Positions 1 to 15,719 are shown, counted from the stretch's first letter. The stretch is 64,000 nucleotides of DNA from Eledone cirrhosa (GCA_964016885.1 OZ024742.1:114514001-114578000), one strand, 5' to 3'. Numbers and translations: made by a program. The notes: a model not told the origin generated them from the letters alone.

Positions 1-481
1 TGTGTTTTCATTTTGTCCTGTGTGTGTTTTCATTTTGTGTGTGTTTTCAATTGTAAGTTGTTTGTTCTATGTGTGTGTGTGTGTTTTCATTTTGTCCTTA
101 ATTGTAAGTTGTGATGTTGCTGTTCCACTCATATTTTCTATTTAATTTTGGTTTTAATTCTTTTATGCTTACTGCCTCTGTAATTTGCCTAAACATTGCG
201 TCTTTTCTGTGTGTGGATTCTATTTTTATTTCTATGCTCTCTAATCTAACCCTGTGTTCTATCTTAGCATGTTGGTAGAGCACAGATGATTCTTTATTAT
301 CTTGGAGGTCTCGCCAGTGTTCATTTATTCGTTCCCCTATACTACGAGCTGTCTCACCTATGTACACTATATTTTTTGTTTCTACATTGTCCTTCAGTAC
401 ATCTTATGCTATACACTACATTTCTAGTTTTACAGTTAATATGGGGGCTCATTTTACAGTTAATATGGGGGCTTATTGTAA

Positions 482-836
482 AATAAGCCCCCATATTAAC
501 TGTAAAACTAGAAATGTAGTGTATAGCATAAGATGTACTGAAGGACAATGTAGAAACAAAAATATAGTGTACATAGGTGAGACAGCTCGTAGTATAGGGG
601 AACGAATAAATGAACACTGGCGAGACCTCCAAGATAATAAAGAATCATCTGTGCTCTACCAACATGCTAAGATAGAACACAGGGGTAGATTAGAGAGCAT
701 AGAAATAAAAATAGAATCCACACACAGAAAAGACGCAATGTTTAGGCAAATTACAGAGGCAGTAAGCATAAAAGAATTAAAACCAAAATTAAATAGAAAA
801 TATGAGTGGAACAGCAACATCACAACTTACAATTAA
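482..836 (+). pseudogene. GIY-YIG endonuclease fragment (PLE ORF C-terminus)
   Basis: VVY..YIGET.R...R..EH, CCHH-type residues and LN..E end in ORF 360..836. The N-terminal part of that ORF is read-through of the inverted arm. Mirror copy at 98-450 on the minus strand. Confidence 0.88.
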
Positions 837-1107
837 GGACAAAATGAAAACACACACACACACATAGAACAAACAACTTACAATTGAAAACACACACAAA
901 ATGAAAACACACACACACATAGAACAAACAACCAACCAACAATAAATAAATAAATAAATAAACAAATAGAAAAATAGAAAAATGAACACACACACACAGA
1001 CACCCGGATGTGGCGCATGCGCAAACTGAGCACACAACACACACACAGAAACAAAATGGCGTAGGATAGAAGAAAGGAAAGGCACATAAATGAAGAAAGG
1101 GATCCCC

Positions 1108-1152
1108 AGTCACTGAAGAGGTCAAAGAGTGTGTGACGAAAGGACTATGACT
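1108..1152 (+). ncRNA. Minimal type I hammerhead ribozyme motif
   Basis: agtca-CTGAAGA-g-gtca(aagagtgtg)tgac-GAAA-ggac-TA-tgact. Stem I agtca/tgact, stem II gtca/tgac after one extra nt, minimal stem III. Confidence 0.75.
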
Positions 1153-1311
1153 ATATATATAAACAACTATCTGGTTGTGGAACCAACCAACCAACCAGAA
1201 ATTTATAATTTATAAGTTTGTAGATTTATAAATTTATAAATATATAATAAATTGAAGTGAAAGCAACTGGTGCGTGTGTTTCTTATTGGCAACATGACCC
1301 TCCCAAAGTAT

Positions 1312-1394
<83 letters not shown>

Positions 1395-1519
1395 TAGGAG
1401 GTGAGTTTTATTGTAGTACAATAAAGCAATGCAGATATCGGATAAGAAGCACTCTACAGTTTGTAGGACTGGAGTATACATAATATATAAGATCAAAAGA
1501 TGGTCAAAATAGTTCCATG

Positions 1520-1590
1520 TATTTTATTATGCGCATTTCAAAAACAAATATCATCATGCAATAACATTTGTGTTTTCATCAGATAAAATA
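1520..1590 (-). ncRNA. Type I hammerhead ribozyme motif
   Basis: Minus strand reads tattttat-CTGATGA-aaacacaaatg...tatttgttttt-GAAA-tgcgca-TA-ataaaata. 8-bp stem I, long stem II, palindromic stem III (aTGCGCAt). Confidence 0.85.
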
Positions 1591-1643
1591 GGAAGACATG
1601 ATATGAAGGTTAAAAAACACTTGTGAATAGTGCAGTTTTAAAT

Positions 1644-1680
<37 letters not shown>

Positions 1681-2039
1681 TTTATTTATTTATGTGTTTT
1701 CCGAAAGAGCTTGGTACGTAGTGACCGTATGTTCACATTGTGTGAAAGAGTTTTGTTTGCATTTTGCCTCTTTTGAGTGAAGACAAATATTTATGTATTC
1801 TCTTTCAAAATATATATGTATCTATTTTTCTATAGAGAAAACATTTTATATTAAAGCACATCAAAGGTTAAAATAACACTCTGTACTCATGAACACTGAA
1901 AAGGTTTCATTTTTTTTCAGTGAATGCATGAATAGAACTTCATATTCCTTTGATACAAATTAAAACATTTTAATTAAACACAAAGCCAAACTAGATATTA
2001 CAATATGTTTTACAAGATAACACACACAGAAACATACTA

Positions 2040-2382
<343 letters not shown>

Positions 2383-2642
2383 GCGTGTATGTTTGTATAT
2401 ATATAAATACAAAATTATTTACACCGATCTCCCGCCATTACCTACACACTGAATGAGATAAAAAAGATTGAAGATGAGAAACTACACCCCTGTCACATCA
2501 CACGGAGTGCACAATATAGTTAATTAGGGAAGGTGAGTACATAGTTCATGGTTCTGGCAATAAAATCTCCGTGTCAAACTCATGTATACGAGTTTATCTA
2601 TGTCTTTATATATGTAAATGTTTACATACGTAAATATACATC

Positions 2643-2734
<92 letters not shown>

Positions 2735-4850
2735 GATTTACAATCATGCATAGCTGTAAACAGATATGTATTTTAATTTCGTCTTTCTAAAGAAATACTT
2801 TATGTTTACAGGTAAACATTTAGAAAGCCGTAGCTATGCAAAATACTGTGATAATCGCCCTGTGGTGGTGTCCAGAAAACAGGCGATAATATATGGTTTT
2901 CTTGTCTGTGTTAATCAGGTGATTAATCTCATTTTGCATACAAACTGAAAATGTTGGCTCATCCTATGATAGAATAGAATAGGATTTAGCTTTATGCATA
3001 AATATTTAGAAAGCCATAGCTAAGCAAAACACAGGGTAACCTCTTCTGGGAGAAGAGGCGAAAGCTTACTTCTGGTTCGTCATCATCTACCGACTGACCA
3101 CTATCCCTTACCCTGGACCTCATCAGATGTGTGCCAATTGTCTTACGAGAGTTATATTGTTTCGCATGTTAATATATGTTAATTCAGTTGTTCACGTGGT
3201 TCAGTTCATTGTCCACTTCTAGTTTTCATTTGATTATTTCATGTGTATTGAGCCCCTACCACCTAATGATAATATTACGTCAGCATTGCTTCTGTTTAAA
3301 ATTAATATTCCCATTTTATGAATCAAATGTCACGTATTCCTGTTTATAGGGTCCAATAATATAAATACTTACGTCAGCTATTATCGTAGGCAAAATGATA
3401 ATAAGAAAAAGGCAACCAAAGTCAGGGGGCACTGTTCTGTTCACAAACCCTTGCACTTATGTTCTCCACCATATATCCATATAATAAAATCGAATTCAAC
3501 CTGACAAACAATTCTAACAACGCATTATTCCATACTGTTGATACTGGTCATTATATTATCTCTACCAAAGTGTCATCATCATATTAATCTGAATATCTTA
3601 TGACTGATATATGCTATTATTTTTGAAAGATGACCCTGGAAACAACTTGAAACAGTGTCATTAAAATCTAGTCACTTTCCTACACATAAACAAATAATCA
3701 CATGATATATCAAGGGAACATTCTACTTCTTAATACTTACCAAAGAAGTACAAAGAGCTATATCCAATCAATATAATGGAACTTGCAACCGACTGCTGAC
3801 TCCGTGTCTAGAAATTTGTCACAAGCATCTCTATTATTATACTGTTTCGAAAATGGCAGAAAATTAGACACTTCTCAGTACTTGCTGATTTTCTTCAAAT
3901 ATTATTATCAAACTGCCTTTGAGGACATCTACCTCATGCGCCACAGAAAATTACCACTACCAAGACTAATTTCACCACGCTTACCAAATGGACAAACCCG
4001 GATTGGTTATCAAACAGTATGGTATGGGCATTCTCACATGGAAATGGGCTAAGAGGAAGCTAAACACGATTGCCAGGGCATATGTGGCTTTATGGAAATC
4101 TTTTTCGGAGACTTTCGGATTATGGCTGAAGGAGAGCTTACAGGATCCTTGAGCTGGCAGTGCTACCCGGGGTCACTGCCTCTACGAGGTACACTCTACA
4201 GCTAGTAACCGTCATTACCCCAAGAGGAGCAGAACAACATGATGTAATGAGGCTTATGTGAATCTTTCTTTGAACAACCCGATGTTCAGATATTTCTGGG
4301 CGATTGCAACGGTATTTTAGATGTAGTCTTGGACTGAGTAGTGATAGTAGAAAGGGGAGGTGCTTAAAAATTCCTCGGAAACCTGCTAATAAGTTTCCAA
4401 CTGTCTGATTGTTAATGACTGAACATCCCGAACCTGCCTATATGTACATGGACAAAAGCATTAGGGTCTTCCAGATTGTATCTAATTAGAGTATTCAGTA
4501 GGGAATTAGAGAGGGCAGCATAGGGTGTCCATTTCTCAAAGTAATCGAAAACAAAGAACAAAAGTTGCATCCATATGGTTGATTTCATAGACAGGGTCCT
4601 GTTTACCTTGTGCGCAAAAAGGTGCCAAAACCAAATTTGTGAATTAGTTAAGCAGGTGTTGAAGAAGGCAATCCCAAACATATAGTCGTTTGCCCTGAAA
4701 ACTGCGATTAGAGTTGAATAGAAAAGGGTTACTGAAAATGAATACTGTGGGCATGTTGTGGGTTTTGGTGTGTGTGATGTGTGCCTTATTGCTTTCAAAT
4801 TTTCTCACCCATTTATTTCTGTTTTTCTTTGTAAATGATATACACACACG

Positions 4851-4903
<53 letters not shown>

Positions 4904-5192
4904 GGGGGGTGTTTAAGTATATGTGTGTGTATGTGTGTGTATTGCTACATCCCAACAACTCTCCATCACAAAAGCAGCAGTCTTGACTATAAAACTTATG
5001 TTATGCTTATCTGTATTATATTTATAATAACGTGCCAATTTGTCTGTTTTATTAAGGTCAAATGAAAATGGGAATATACCTGAACTGAACCCAATTGACT
5101 TTATATATATATATATCATAGATCACCATTTACAAAAACGAATAATAGTTCAACGTATATTTCGAGCATATATCATCCCTCCAGAACATGTT

Positions 5193-5260
<68 letters not shown>

Positions 5261-5777
5261 ACCATTTGTTAAGAACTTAATTCGTTTTGTGATATTTTGC
5301 AATTTTGCAATAATATACACATACTGAATTCATCAGCCAACAATAAGGGTAACCTCCCTTGTCGAGCCCCACGTGGGTATTGGTAACGGTCAATCCTTGG
5401 CCTGGCACTTGAACTAAAAGCATGTTGAGAAAGTGACTTCCTTGTTCAACCATCTTACCAGAAGCTTAACATTATTTGTCTAAGCGGACAGTACTTGATT
5501 TAGGAGTCGCAGAAACCCAAATGCTGGATTTTCACCAACCTTCCTGGGGTCCGGGTAAATTTTTCAATCATATTTTGTTATTTGTTTGACCCGAATTACT
5601 TGGTCGTTTCTATGGCTATGCGGATAATGGTTTAACCATCATCTCAGTGTGTTTGTCCTTTTAACGTATGTTGTAGCTCTGGTTCGTTAGAATTTATTGA
5701 GCGGTTGCCACACATCTCGGAAGTTGTTTTTCGCTAATTTCCAAAGCCGAAATACGATTCTCGCTAATTTATATTTG

Positions 5778-5828
<51 letters not shown>

Positions 5829-7423
5829 ATTTGTGTGTGTGTGTGCGTGCGTGTGTGTGTGTGTGTGTGCGTGTATGTGTGTGTGTGTGTTTTTGTGTTT
5901 GTGCGTATGAGTGTGTGCATGAGTGTGATTGTATGCGTGAGTTTGTATACCTATGTTTATGAATTCTTGCGTTTAAGTGTATATATAGATATATATGCAT
6001 GCACACAGTCAAAGCTCATACTAAACGCCTGTGTTTCAATTATTTCTACTTTGTACATCAAGAGTCAATTATATCAATCAGAATCCTTTGATTCATATTG
6101 ACCTCTAATCTATTATGAATTATTTATTATGAACAACCTTTCTGACAGATGCAGTGCTCTTTAAATCATTATTATTCATACAAACAGAGAAACCACACAG
6201 CTGTATTCAACCTTATGTGCTATTATAGCACATAGAAAAATTCTCTTTTATAATACATCTTACGTTGCTCCGTCTACAGCTCTTAATAAATTAAAGAAAC
6301 ATCACATCATCTATTCATCTGCAGAGATACTTGAAATATTGCATTCGTAGTATATGCAATCAATATACATTGAATGCTACGCAATATAATATAAAATCAA
6401 TATCTAATCTGCAGAAGAGCCTTTCTCCCTAATTTTAAAACGATTTCACATACTGTTTTGTTTTAAATTATGTTATAAATGTGTTTAATATGTGTTAATC
6501 TAAATTTGCCAACCACATTAAATGTATATTTTAATCTGGTTAGAGCTTCAGAATATAAAGAAAGATTTGTGAGTTGTCTTCCCATCAAATGTAGTTAAAT
6601 GTAAGAAGCTATTGTTGTTTTTAATACAAATGTAAGAAGCTATTGTTGTTTTTAATACATATTGTTGTTTTTAATTCAACAAAATATATGTTCAAACAAT
6701 TACTTAACTACACGTTCAGTATAATATATAATACGTTTGTAGCTATAAACCTAATAAACATTAATGGAGCATTAAATTTATTATTCGGTTATTGTTATTT
6801 TTAGAGAATCTATACAATGGTATATATACACACACACTGAGGACATAGATTTACTCATACACACACATAAATCCACAAACGCGCGCGCACGCGCACACAC
6901 AAACACACTTACAAAAACATACACGCTGATCTTAAAATATACGATTCGTTGTCAGCTAAATTCTTGTCTCATACCTTACTTAAAACTTTGGAAAGTGAAA
7001 TATGTATGTGCTCGTGAGAAAGTGAAATATGTAAGTGCTCAAGTGATAAAGATAGAGAGAAAGAGATGGAGGGAGTCGAATATATATATATAGATGTGGG
7101 AGTGCATTGCCTAACAATCACAGTTCATTTCGCGTAAGTTGTATAGATAAACAAATTAAGCACCGAATTGTCGTAAGAATTAGAATCGATATGAATGACC
7201 TGGTACCTAAAGACGGCGCTTCACTATGACCGATGATCAGGAGAATGACCAAAACCAACCAAATATTTGTTTTTCATTTTTATTGATTTTACCACTGTGT
7301 TTTATATAGAAATTAAAATAATATATACACCATAATAATTGAATTATAACGAAATACTTAAAATGCGTGTGCACGGTTGTATTTGTATCAGAACATCTGT
7401 GCATATGTGGTTATTTCAACCAC

Positions 7424-7472
7424 ACATACACATACACACACACCCACACACATACACCCATACACACACACA

Positions 7473-7528
<56 letters not shown>

Positions 7529-7673
7529 ATGTACATATGTATATACATATATGTATATGTATATATATGTTTGTATATATATCTATATATATATGTATAT
7601 ATATATATATATAATAAAGTATATATCCCTACACACCCACACACATACACGCACACACACACACACACACACA

Positions 7674-7741
<68 letters not shown>

Positions 7742-7807
7742 GTATATGTACATATGTATATATATATATATATATGTATATGTATATATATATATATTTG
7801 TATGTAT

Positions 7808-7852
<45 letters not shown>

Positions 7853-7856
7853 TATG
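7424..7856. repeat. Compound (CA)n/(TA)n microsatellite, locally duplicated
   Basis: Two cacccacacacatac-(CA)n-(TA)n blocks, each followed by taataaagtatatatcc. Confidence 0.9.
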
Positions 7857-8040
7857 TAATAAAGTATATATCCATACACGCCAAAAGCGTATAGGGGCAC
7901 ATGTATTGTCCAACCATATGCCAATGTGGTTCAATGGAAGGTTAATAAATTAACGAGCCAGAACATATATAATAAAGGTTTAGCAAATAAGAAAAAGTTT
8001 CAAAATAAATTTCAAAAAATTAATAGTACTTACTATGGTT

Positions 8041-8127
8041 ACCTTTACCGAATCGGTTTCGAGTCTCAAAAATAAATGGACAGTCCTTGCGGCCTTCCAT
8101 TGAAAAGATAAACTCTCGTCAGAAGGT
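8041..8127 (-). ncRNA. Type I hammerhead ribozyme motif (copy 1)
   Basis: acctt-CTGACGA-gagttt...agactc-GAAA-ccgattcgg-TA-aaggt. All core nucleotides present and three helices form. Extra aatgga/tccatt helix in loop II. Confidence 0.92.
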
Positions 8128-8529
8128 TTTTTTTTAACTCGGAGAATATAACATTCCCGAGTTCAAATTACGAACTGGCGCTATTCAAAATTGTTTCCGA
8201 GATGAGAATGAATGATGTGGAAGCAAATATGTACAGTCCCGTGTGTAAAGATAGAAGCAGAGACAGGAGAGGTCAGTCTACTACCACTATAAATAGCAGC
8301 AGTCAAAACGACCGAATTTCATCTCGACCAAGAGGAGGATAATAATAATAAAGTATATATCCCTACACGCAAAAAGCGTATAGTGACACATGTATTGTCC
8401 AACCATATACCAATGTGGTTCAATGGCAGGTTAATAAATTAACGAGCCAGAACATATATAATCAAAGTTTAGCAAATAAGAAAAAGTTTCAAAATAAATT
8501 CAAAAAAATTCACTGTACTTACTATAGTT

Positions 8530-8616
8530 ACCTTTACCGAATCGGTTTCGAGTCTCAAAAATAAATGGACAGTCCTTGCGACCTTCCATTGAAAAGATAA
8601 ACTCTCGTCAGAAGGT
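8530..8616 (-). ncRNA. Type I hammerhead ribozyme motif (copy 2)
   Basis: Near-identical tandem copy of 8041-8127 with core intact. Confidence 0.92.
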
Positions 8617-8757
8617 TCTTTTCACTCGGAGAATATAAAATTTCCGAGTTCAAATTCCCGACTTCAACCGATTCGGTAAAGGTAACTATAATAAGAAAAG
8701 TGAATTGTTTTAATTTATTTTGAAACTTTTTCTTATTTTCTAAACCTTGATTATAAA

Positions 8758-9154
<397 letters not shown>

Positions 9155-10929
9155 ACACATACGTATATGCACATACCTGTATATATAACATACCTGGACT
9201 GACACTTAGAAATTATTGAATATCTAAGGCAGGTTTCTGTAAATCCGAAATCAACAAAATCCGCTTGTGATGTATACAAGTTACGTTTTTGGATGATCTA
9301 ACAGAGGATTTACTTTCTTAACAGGCTACCGTTATAACCCAAAAGCAAGTGTGATAGCACATGTTACTCCATATATATATATATATATATATATACAGAG
9401 AGAGAGAGAGAGATAGAGAGATAGAGAGACAGAGAGAGATAGAGAGTATGTGAGAGATAGAGAGGGAGCGAGTAAAAATGGGATGGAAAAGTTTCGGGGT
9501 GCTACTACCGTTGCTAGATACAAATTATCTCTAATTCAAATTAAATAAAGGTGTACGAATCATGTATGCGCTCAACAATGCTTCATGGAAGGGGAACCTG
9601 GGCACTGCGTGCCTATGATCTACGGAGAGTGGAAAGAAGTGAAGCCTCTAGGCTCCTATGGATGTGTAACAATAGTGTACTTGAACGGTGAAACGTAAAT
9701 GAATTGAAAGCATGACTGGGCATCAAAGGATCAAATTATGTGTGCAAGTTTGAATATTTCAGTGGTTTGTACATGGGATGAGCATGAAGTATTACATCTG
9801 CATAAAAGGATGGTGGGCGCTCAAGGTTGCAGGGTGCTTTAAACATGGAAAACGATGGATGAAACGTTGGATGAAACGATAAATACTGACTTGGTTCAGC
9901 TGACCCTCTTTGCAGAGATGACACAGGAAAGAGAAATCTGGTGTTACGGCGTTCAGCAAAAGACCAGAATCAACAACCCAGCCCAGGCCCAAACTTAAAT
10001 TTAGCTTTATGCTTAGGATGTGCTTCCATTTGTCATGGACACCCAGCCTAAATACGGTCGTAATCTGAGCAAAAACGTCAGCAAACCCACACACTCACAC
10101 ACATAACATGCTCACCCAGGTCTCACCGTATGGTTCTGTTCCCCAGACTTGTCTCATAATAGGACCACACAACAAAACGACCTAACTATGAGCAAGGTAT
10201 GGCAAGGCAAACTGGCCACATCTCCCTTTTAATGAGACCAACCTGCTCCCAAATTATGGGTCCACTCTGAAAAAACTACGGCGTGGCCAACTGGCCAGGC
10301 ACTTGTGAGATCTGTGATACCCATTTACACACTGTAAAATTGGTTGATTTTACGAAGAGCATCCAGTCCTAAAATCCCAGCCCCAAACAGTCCTGTTTGA
10401 TCAGGGTACGGCGTGGCCATGTGCAAATATTGTTTCACGACATGGCCACCCAGTTACAAAATGTAAACGTGGTTGGAAGTAGAAAGCGTATCGAACAGCC
10501 GTAAAACCCCAGCCCCCAAACACGGCCCCAAAAGTGGCAAGGCTTTTTGGGGCCAACTAGAAAGACCCTCACCCCCTCCTTCATGGTGCCACCAAGTTCC
10601 ACACTGTAAACGTGGGTGGTGTTAGGAAATCCATCCGGCTGTAAAAATTCCAGCCTAAATAGAGTTCCGTTTGAGCAAGGTACTCTAGCTGGCCAGACTT
10701 GCTTCATTTCGCAGACGACACGTCTAACCCAGGCAAGCATTGAAAAATAGACGTCCAACGGCGTTGTTAATGATGATATATATATACATACATGGTTTCT
10801 TCCACACCTCCTTTCAAAAGCACGTCTGCAGTTATCCGTACGCCATGTGCATTTTCGTTAGGTGGAGAGAATTATATGCTGATGTCATAAACCCCATCAC
10901 AACGACATATGCTGATGCACACGAAGTAC

Positions 10930-11470
10930 ATATGTTGACAATGAATAATCTCTTGGAGCCTGATATAACAAGGGCGATTAAAAAGGCCGCTGGGAAGGAT
11001 AAAGATATGCCTTACTTGTTAAAAGCCTGAAATAATGAAGGTATTTTCTGGCTGATACTTGTATGCCTTGTAGCCTGGATAAATGGAAAGGCACCTAAGC
11101 AATGGCAAATTGGGAGTGATAATCCCGATTTTCAAAATGAGCGTCAAGAGAGATTGGTCAGATTATAGAGGAATTTTCTTCTAATGTCTCCCCGCTAAAT
11201 ACTATGCTAAATGTTTGGCAAAGAGATGTAAGGAGCGTGCCGAATCCAAGCTAACTGATGAACAGTTTAATCTTCGTGCAGGACGTAGCACAGCTGACCA
11301 AATATTCACACTTCGGTAGGTCTCTGAAAAATCATTGGAATATTACCGAGAGGTGTATCCATGAATTTTACATCCCGAAATGTTATATGATCGCGTTCCT
11401 CGCGACCTGCTGTGGAAAGTTCATCACAGGTATGCGCTCGATGGTTAGCTTCGTGTTGCCTGATGTCTCT
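10930..11470 (+). pseudogene. Decayed RTE-superfamily LINE reverse transcriptase fragment
   Basis: Across frameshifts: ITRAIKK..KAAGKD..LLKA, GKAPKQWQ, GVIIPIF, DYRGI, YAKCLAKRC, GRSTADQIFTL. Visibly homologous to 56270-56760. Confidence 0.8.
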
Positions 11471-13229
11471 TAAACTTTTATTAAAAATAAATCTCGAATA
11501 TGGCCACATGATTAGGGCTCATTTCATTTGTCATAACTGCGATGATGTTACTATAAACAACTGTCACAGCGTACACTTCAACATAACACAGTTTGAAAGA
11601 GACAGATAATTATCCATGAAATCATCGGAAATAACGGCATCCTACGTATAACAACTGATACATTAAGGAATGTATTCATTACGGCTGCATAAAGAATATG
11701 CGATGTCAGATACAATCAGCATCGAACATGAAAAAGTAAACAAATACCAACAATCAAAAACTATGAAGAACCTAGCTGTTACACAGTCGAGGAATGTGAT
11801 TAGTAATCACGGCTTACCTAATTAGACGATACTTTCTTATGTAATCACCGATAATCGCAAAAACAAAGCAATTAACGATAAGTGTAGATACACATATTTA
11901 TTTTCCATAAACATATAACATGCGATTTTAAATGAATATAGTCGTAACTACTTTATAGATCAATGGATGAATTACTTTCTAAAATACATACAAAATCGTT
12001 CCAGTGATGTCCAGATCCCTTAAATAACCTTCAAAAAAGCATTTACAGATAAGCTATTATGGTATCTTATGTAGGAATGCTTAATAATACGATCATCACC
12101 ATGCTCAAACAAGACAAATGTCTTAATGAAATTCAAATCAGAATAGAAATCGTTTCATTATTGACACAATTTAATTCAATGTCAACAATTAGTAACAAAT
12201 GAATGATATCGGGTCGGAAGCAAATATTACGAAGACCGACGACAAATTAATCATGGCATCATTAGAGACCCAAATGCATGAAACATTTAGATTATTATAC
12301 TAAAATTATTATAAAATGTTGATAAATATTTACAAAACAACTAGAAGTTTGTCTTAAATGATTGCATAAACTTCGATCATCGCAGTGACTTAAAATCGCT
12401 AATTAATACTATAAACAATAATGTGCACATCACCATGGAATGCAGTAAAGTCATTTGAGATTCCGGAACATTTTAATCATGAAACACTCACACACATTAA
12501 AGACGACACCCGTTGTAAGCAACAATCTGGAAAGAGTACATACTCATTATTTTAGCCCACTCAAAACATGCAAAAACAAACATATCATTTAATCCAGCAA
12601 ATATAATCTGCACAATTATCTCAAATTAATAAACCTGAAGAGAAGCCAACAATAATTAACTGAAATGCTGATTCAAAGACATTTCTCCACATGTTAATCG
12701 ATAACACATTATAATATGTCAACGCAATATGAATTCAATAAGTACGAAGAATCTAACTCAATTCAGATACAGTCATTATTTTATCCTACAATACAATAGA
12801 AAACCAAATGTATAGAGATACATATAACAGTTTCCACCTGAAAATTGAGGCAGAGAAATAAGATCACGAAATGAAAAATTGTACTCGAAATGCACAAGAA
12901 AATGAAAAGTGAAATACAAAAACAAATCCCTAAAATAACTATTTGACAGTGCTAAATTTCACATGTCAACAGTCAAAAAGACATTACGTCCTACATAATG
13001 TAAATGTGGTAACAACAAACACATTATCTAAGACATATCAGAAATATCATATCACCTGTCATGAATAGTAATATATACAAATACATGTGAAGAAAGACCC
13101 CATTAGTGTAGATCATGACCAGGATTGAACCCCATACCAGATCTCCAACACCATTAGTACCTACCACCAGAGAACGTGTCTCAGGTGGCGGATAGCGTTA
13201 CGGCGATCAGATATAAAGTCGTTTGGGAT

Positions 13230-14125
13230 ATAGTACAGTCGGTTGAACATCATAGGCTAACCAAGCTACTTTCATGGAATGTGACCAAATGAGGTTTGTT
13301 TTTCAATATAATCTCCTTTGTGGTCCACACTACCGGTGCTGGATCCCATAGCTGAAACTTTCATTCTGTTTTTCAAATGATCATCAACAGCAGATATGGT
13401 GTCATCATCACAGTAATACTGGCTCCCAGTAAAGTGATCTTTCATTATGAGGACCATATAATAGAGTATAGGGAGACTGTTCAACCAGTTCAAAGCCACA
13501 CTGTCGCTTAGCAGTCATTGAAACCTAGGAGGTGTGCTGGAACATTTTTCTGTTGAAATAGGAACTCATATGTCTGTTGTTTTTCTGGGCGTTTGATCTT
13601 GATAGCCTTCGGTAACTGTCTCAGTATACTGGCAAATTTATTTCTAGTGTTTATCTCTGCTTCCTCCAAAATAAAGGATATCAACTTCCATTCAGATGAA
13701 TTAACTTAGCCTTCTCTGGAGCAGGTGGGGAGCTGTATGTAAATGTTATGGATGTTTTTGAATTTGGCACAGAGTAAGGAACATAACACTCATTTTAGAT
13801 TCAGAAATGTTTAAGGAAACCAACTGGATCTGTCTCAATGAATGTGAGATTTCCCTGTCATGCGATCAGCCTTGTCTGCATTTGATTATGTGTCAGAAAA
13901 CGTGACATCCACGAAGTAGAAACCTTCCGCATGTCAAGTTTATTTTGCAGAATATTCTCAACTCTCTCACGAGATATGTTAATAGTATTGGCTATTTCAT
14001 TTAAAGTCAATCAACTGTCACCCATCACCATGTGTTGAACACGATCAACGTTTTCATCTGGGGTGGTAATTGCAGAACGTAAAGATCTTGGGTCATCTTT
14101 AAGACATTCTTTCACCTCTCAAATG
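13230..14125 (-). mobile_element. Decayed mariner (Tc1/mariner) transposon relic
   Basis: Minus-strand translation pieces: DDPRS..TTPDENVDRVQHMVMGD..IANTINISRERVENILQNKLDMRKVSTSWMSR (WVPR-like motif), CGFELVEQSPY (toward YSPDL), DDDTISAVDD..VDHKGDYIEK. Probable TIR next to TA near 13230. Confidence 0.85.
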
Positions 14126-14747
14126 TAGTCGAGATAGATTCGATGACAGGATATATTGAAAGAAATTCTGAAAATATATAACCGTACCAATTTCATTTCG
14201 TTGGGAATTCAAACAACATTCAAATTTATTACTGATAAATAAAGAAAATTTAATTTCTAAAAATATAGAAAATTCTGCTGAATAAATATGAATAATTTAC
14301 ATGATAGTTTCTTTATATTTAAACAGTCTTGAATCTTCGACATTCATGGAACACAAATGCACCTAGAGGTTAGGCTACAATTATTATCTGGATTTTTAAA
14401 TGAACCGTCTTCACAAACGTGGAGAGCTGCAACGATTCTGTCAAAACTCAGATATCATGCACAACTATTAAAATTGAATCATAACACGATAGCATATTCA
14501 GCCTTGTACTCTGTAAAAATGAGACAATTTTCAAAAACCGTCCAGGTCGAGGGAATTAACTGTTAGTACGGCATCTGCACATCTCGCTGTATTTGTTGCA
14601 AATAATGATATTGTAGGTGTTCTTTAATCCACAATAGAATTGGGAAACATTTACCGAATACGAAAGGACCACATACAGACAAACCCACACATTTATATAT
14701 ATACATATTTATCCCCCCACATCCACCCCTCACTATATCTCTCTCTC

Positions 14748-14789
<42 letters not shown>

Positions 14790-14799
14790 AGAAGAAGGG

Positions 14800-15632
<833 letters not shown>

Positions 15633-15666
15633 GTATATATATATATGCATATACACACACACACAC

Positions 15667-15719
<53 letters not shown>

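Larger units (their letters stand above)
1..1200 (+). mobile_element. 5'-truncated Penelope-like element (GIY-YIG end + 3' UTR) with fold-back inverted copy
   Basis: Bases 1-477 are the reverse complement of about 482-915 (loop gtaa 478-481). The + arm encodes INCKTRNVVYSIRC..C..IVYIGETARSIGERINEH..LYQHAKIEH..RQITEAVSI..PKLNRKYEW (PLE GIY-YIG). An HHR motif lies downstream. Confidence 0.9.
7857..8757 (-). mobile_element. ORF-less PLE pLTR / retrozyme-like element: tandem 489-bp unit plus short inverted copy
   Basis: 7857-8170 is repeated at 8346-8657 (offset 489). 8666-8757 is an inverted copy of about 8458-8547. Two HHRs. (TA)n on both sides. Confidence 0.88.

Noticed and set aside
3065-3132. 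Minus-strand CTGATGAG-gtc...gac-GAAC
   Set aside because: GAAA is altered and no stem I or III pairing was found.
4412-4798. 128-aa minus-strand ORF
   Set aside because: No recognisable motif or splice context. Possibly decayed LINE sequence.
6597-6675. Short tandem duplications (also 28287-28350, 45121-45153, 56980-57017)
   Set aside because: Ordinary slippage repeats of 2-3 units with no spacers; not CRISPR-like.
11600-13100. A-rich stretch with faint RT-like words (FKKAF, TDD)
   Set aside because: Too degenerate to support a call by eye.
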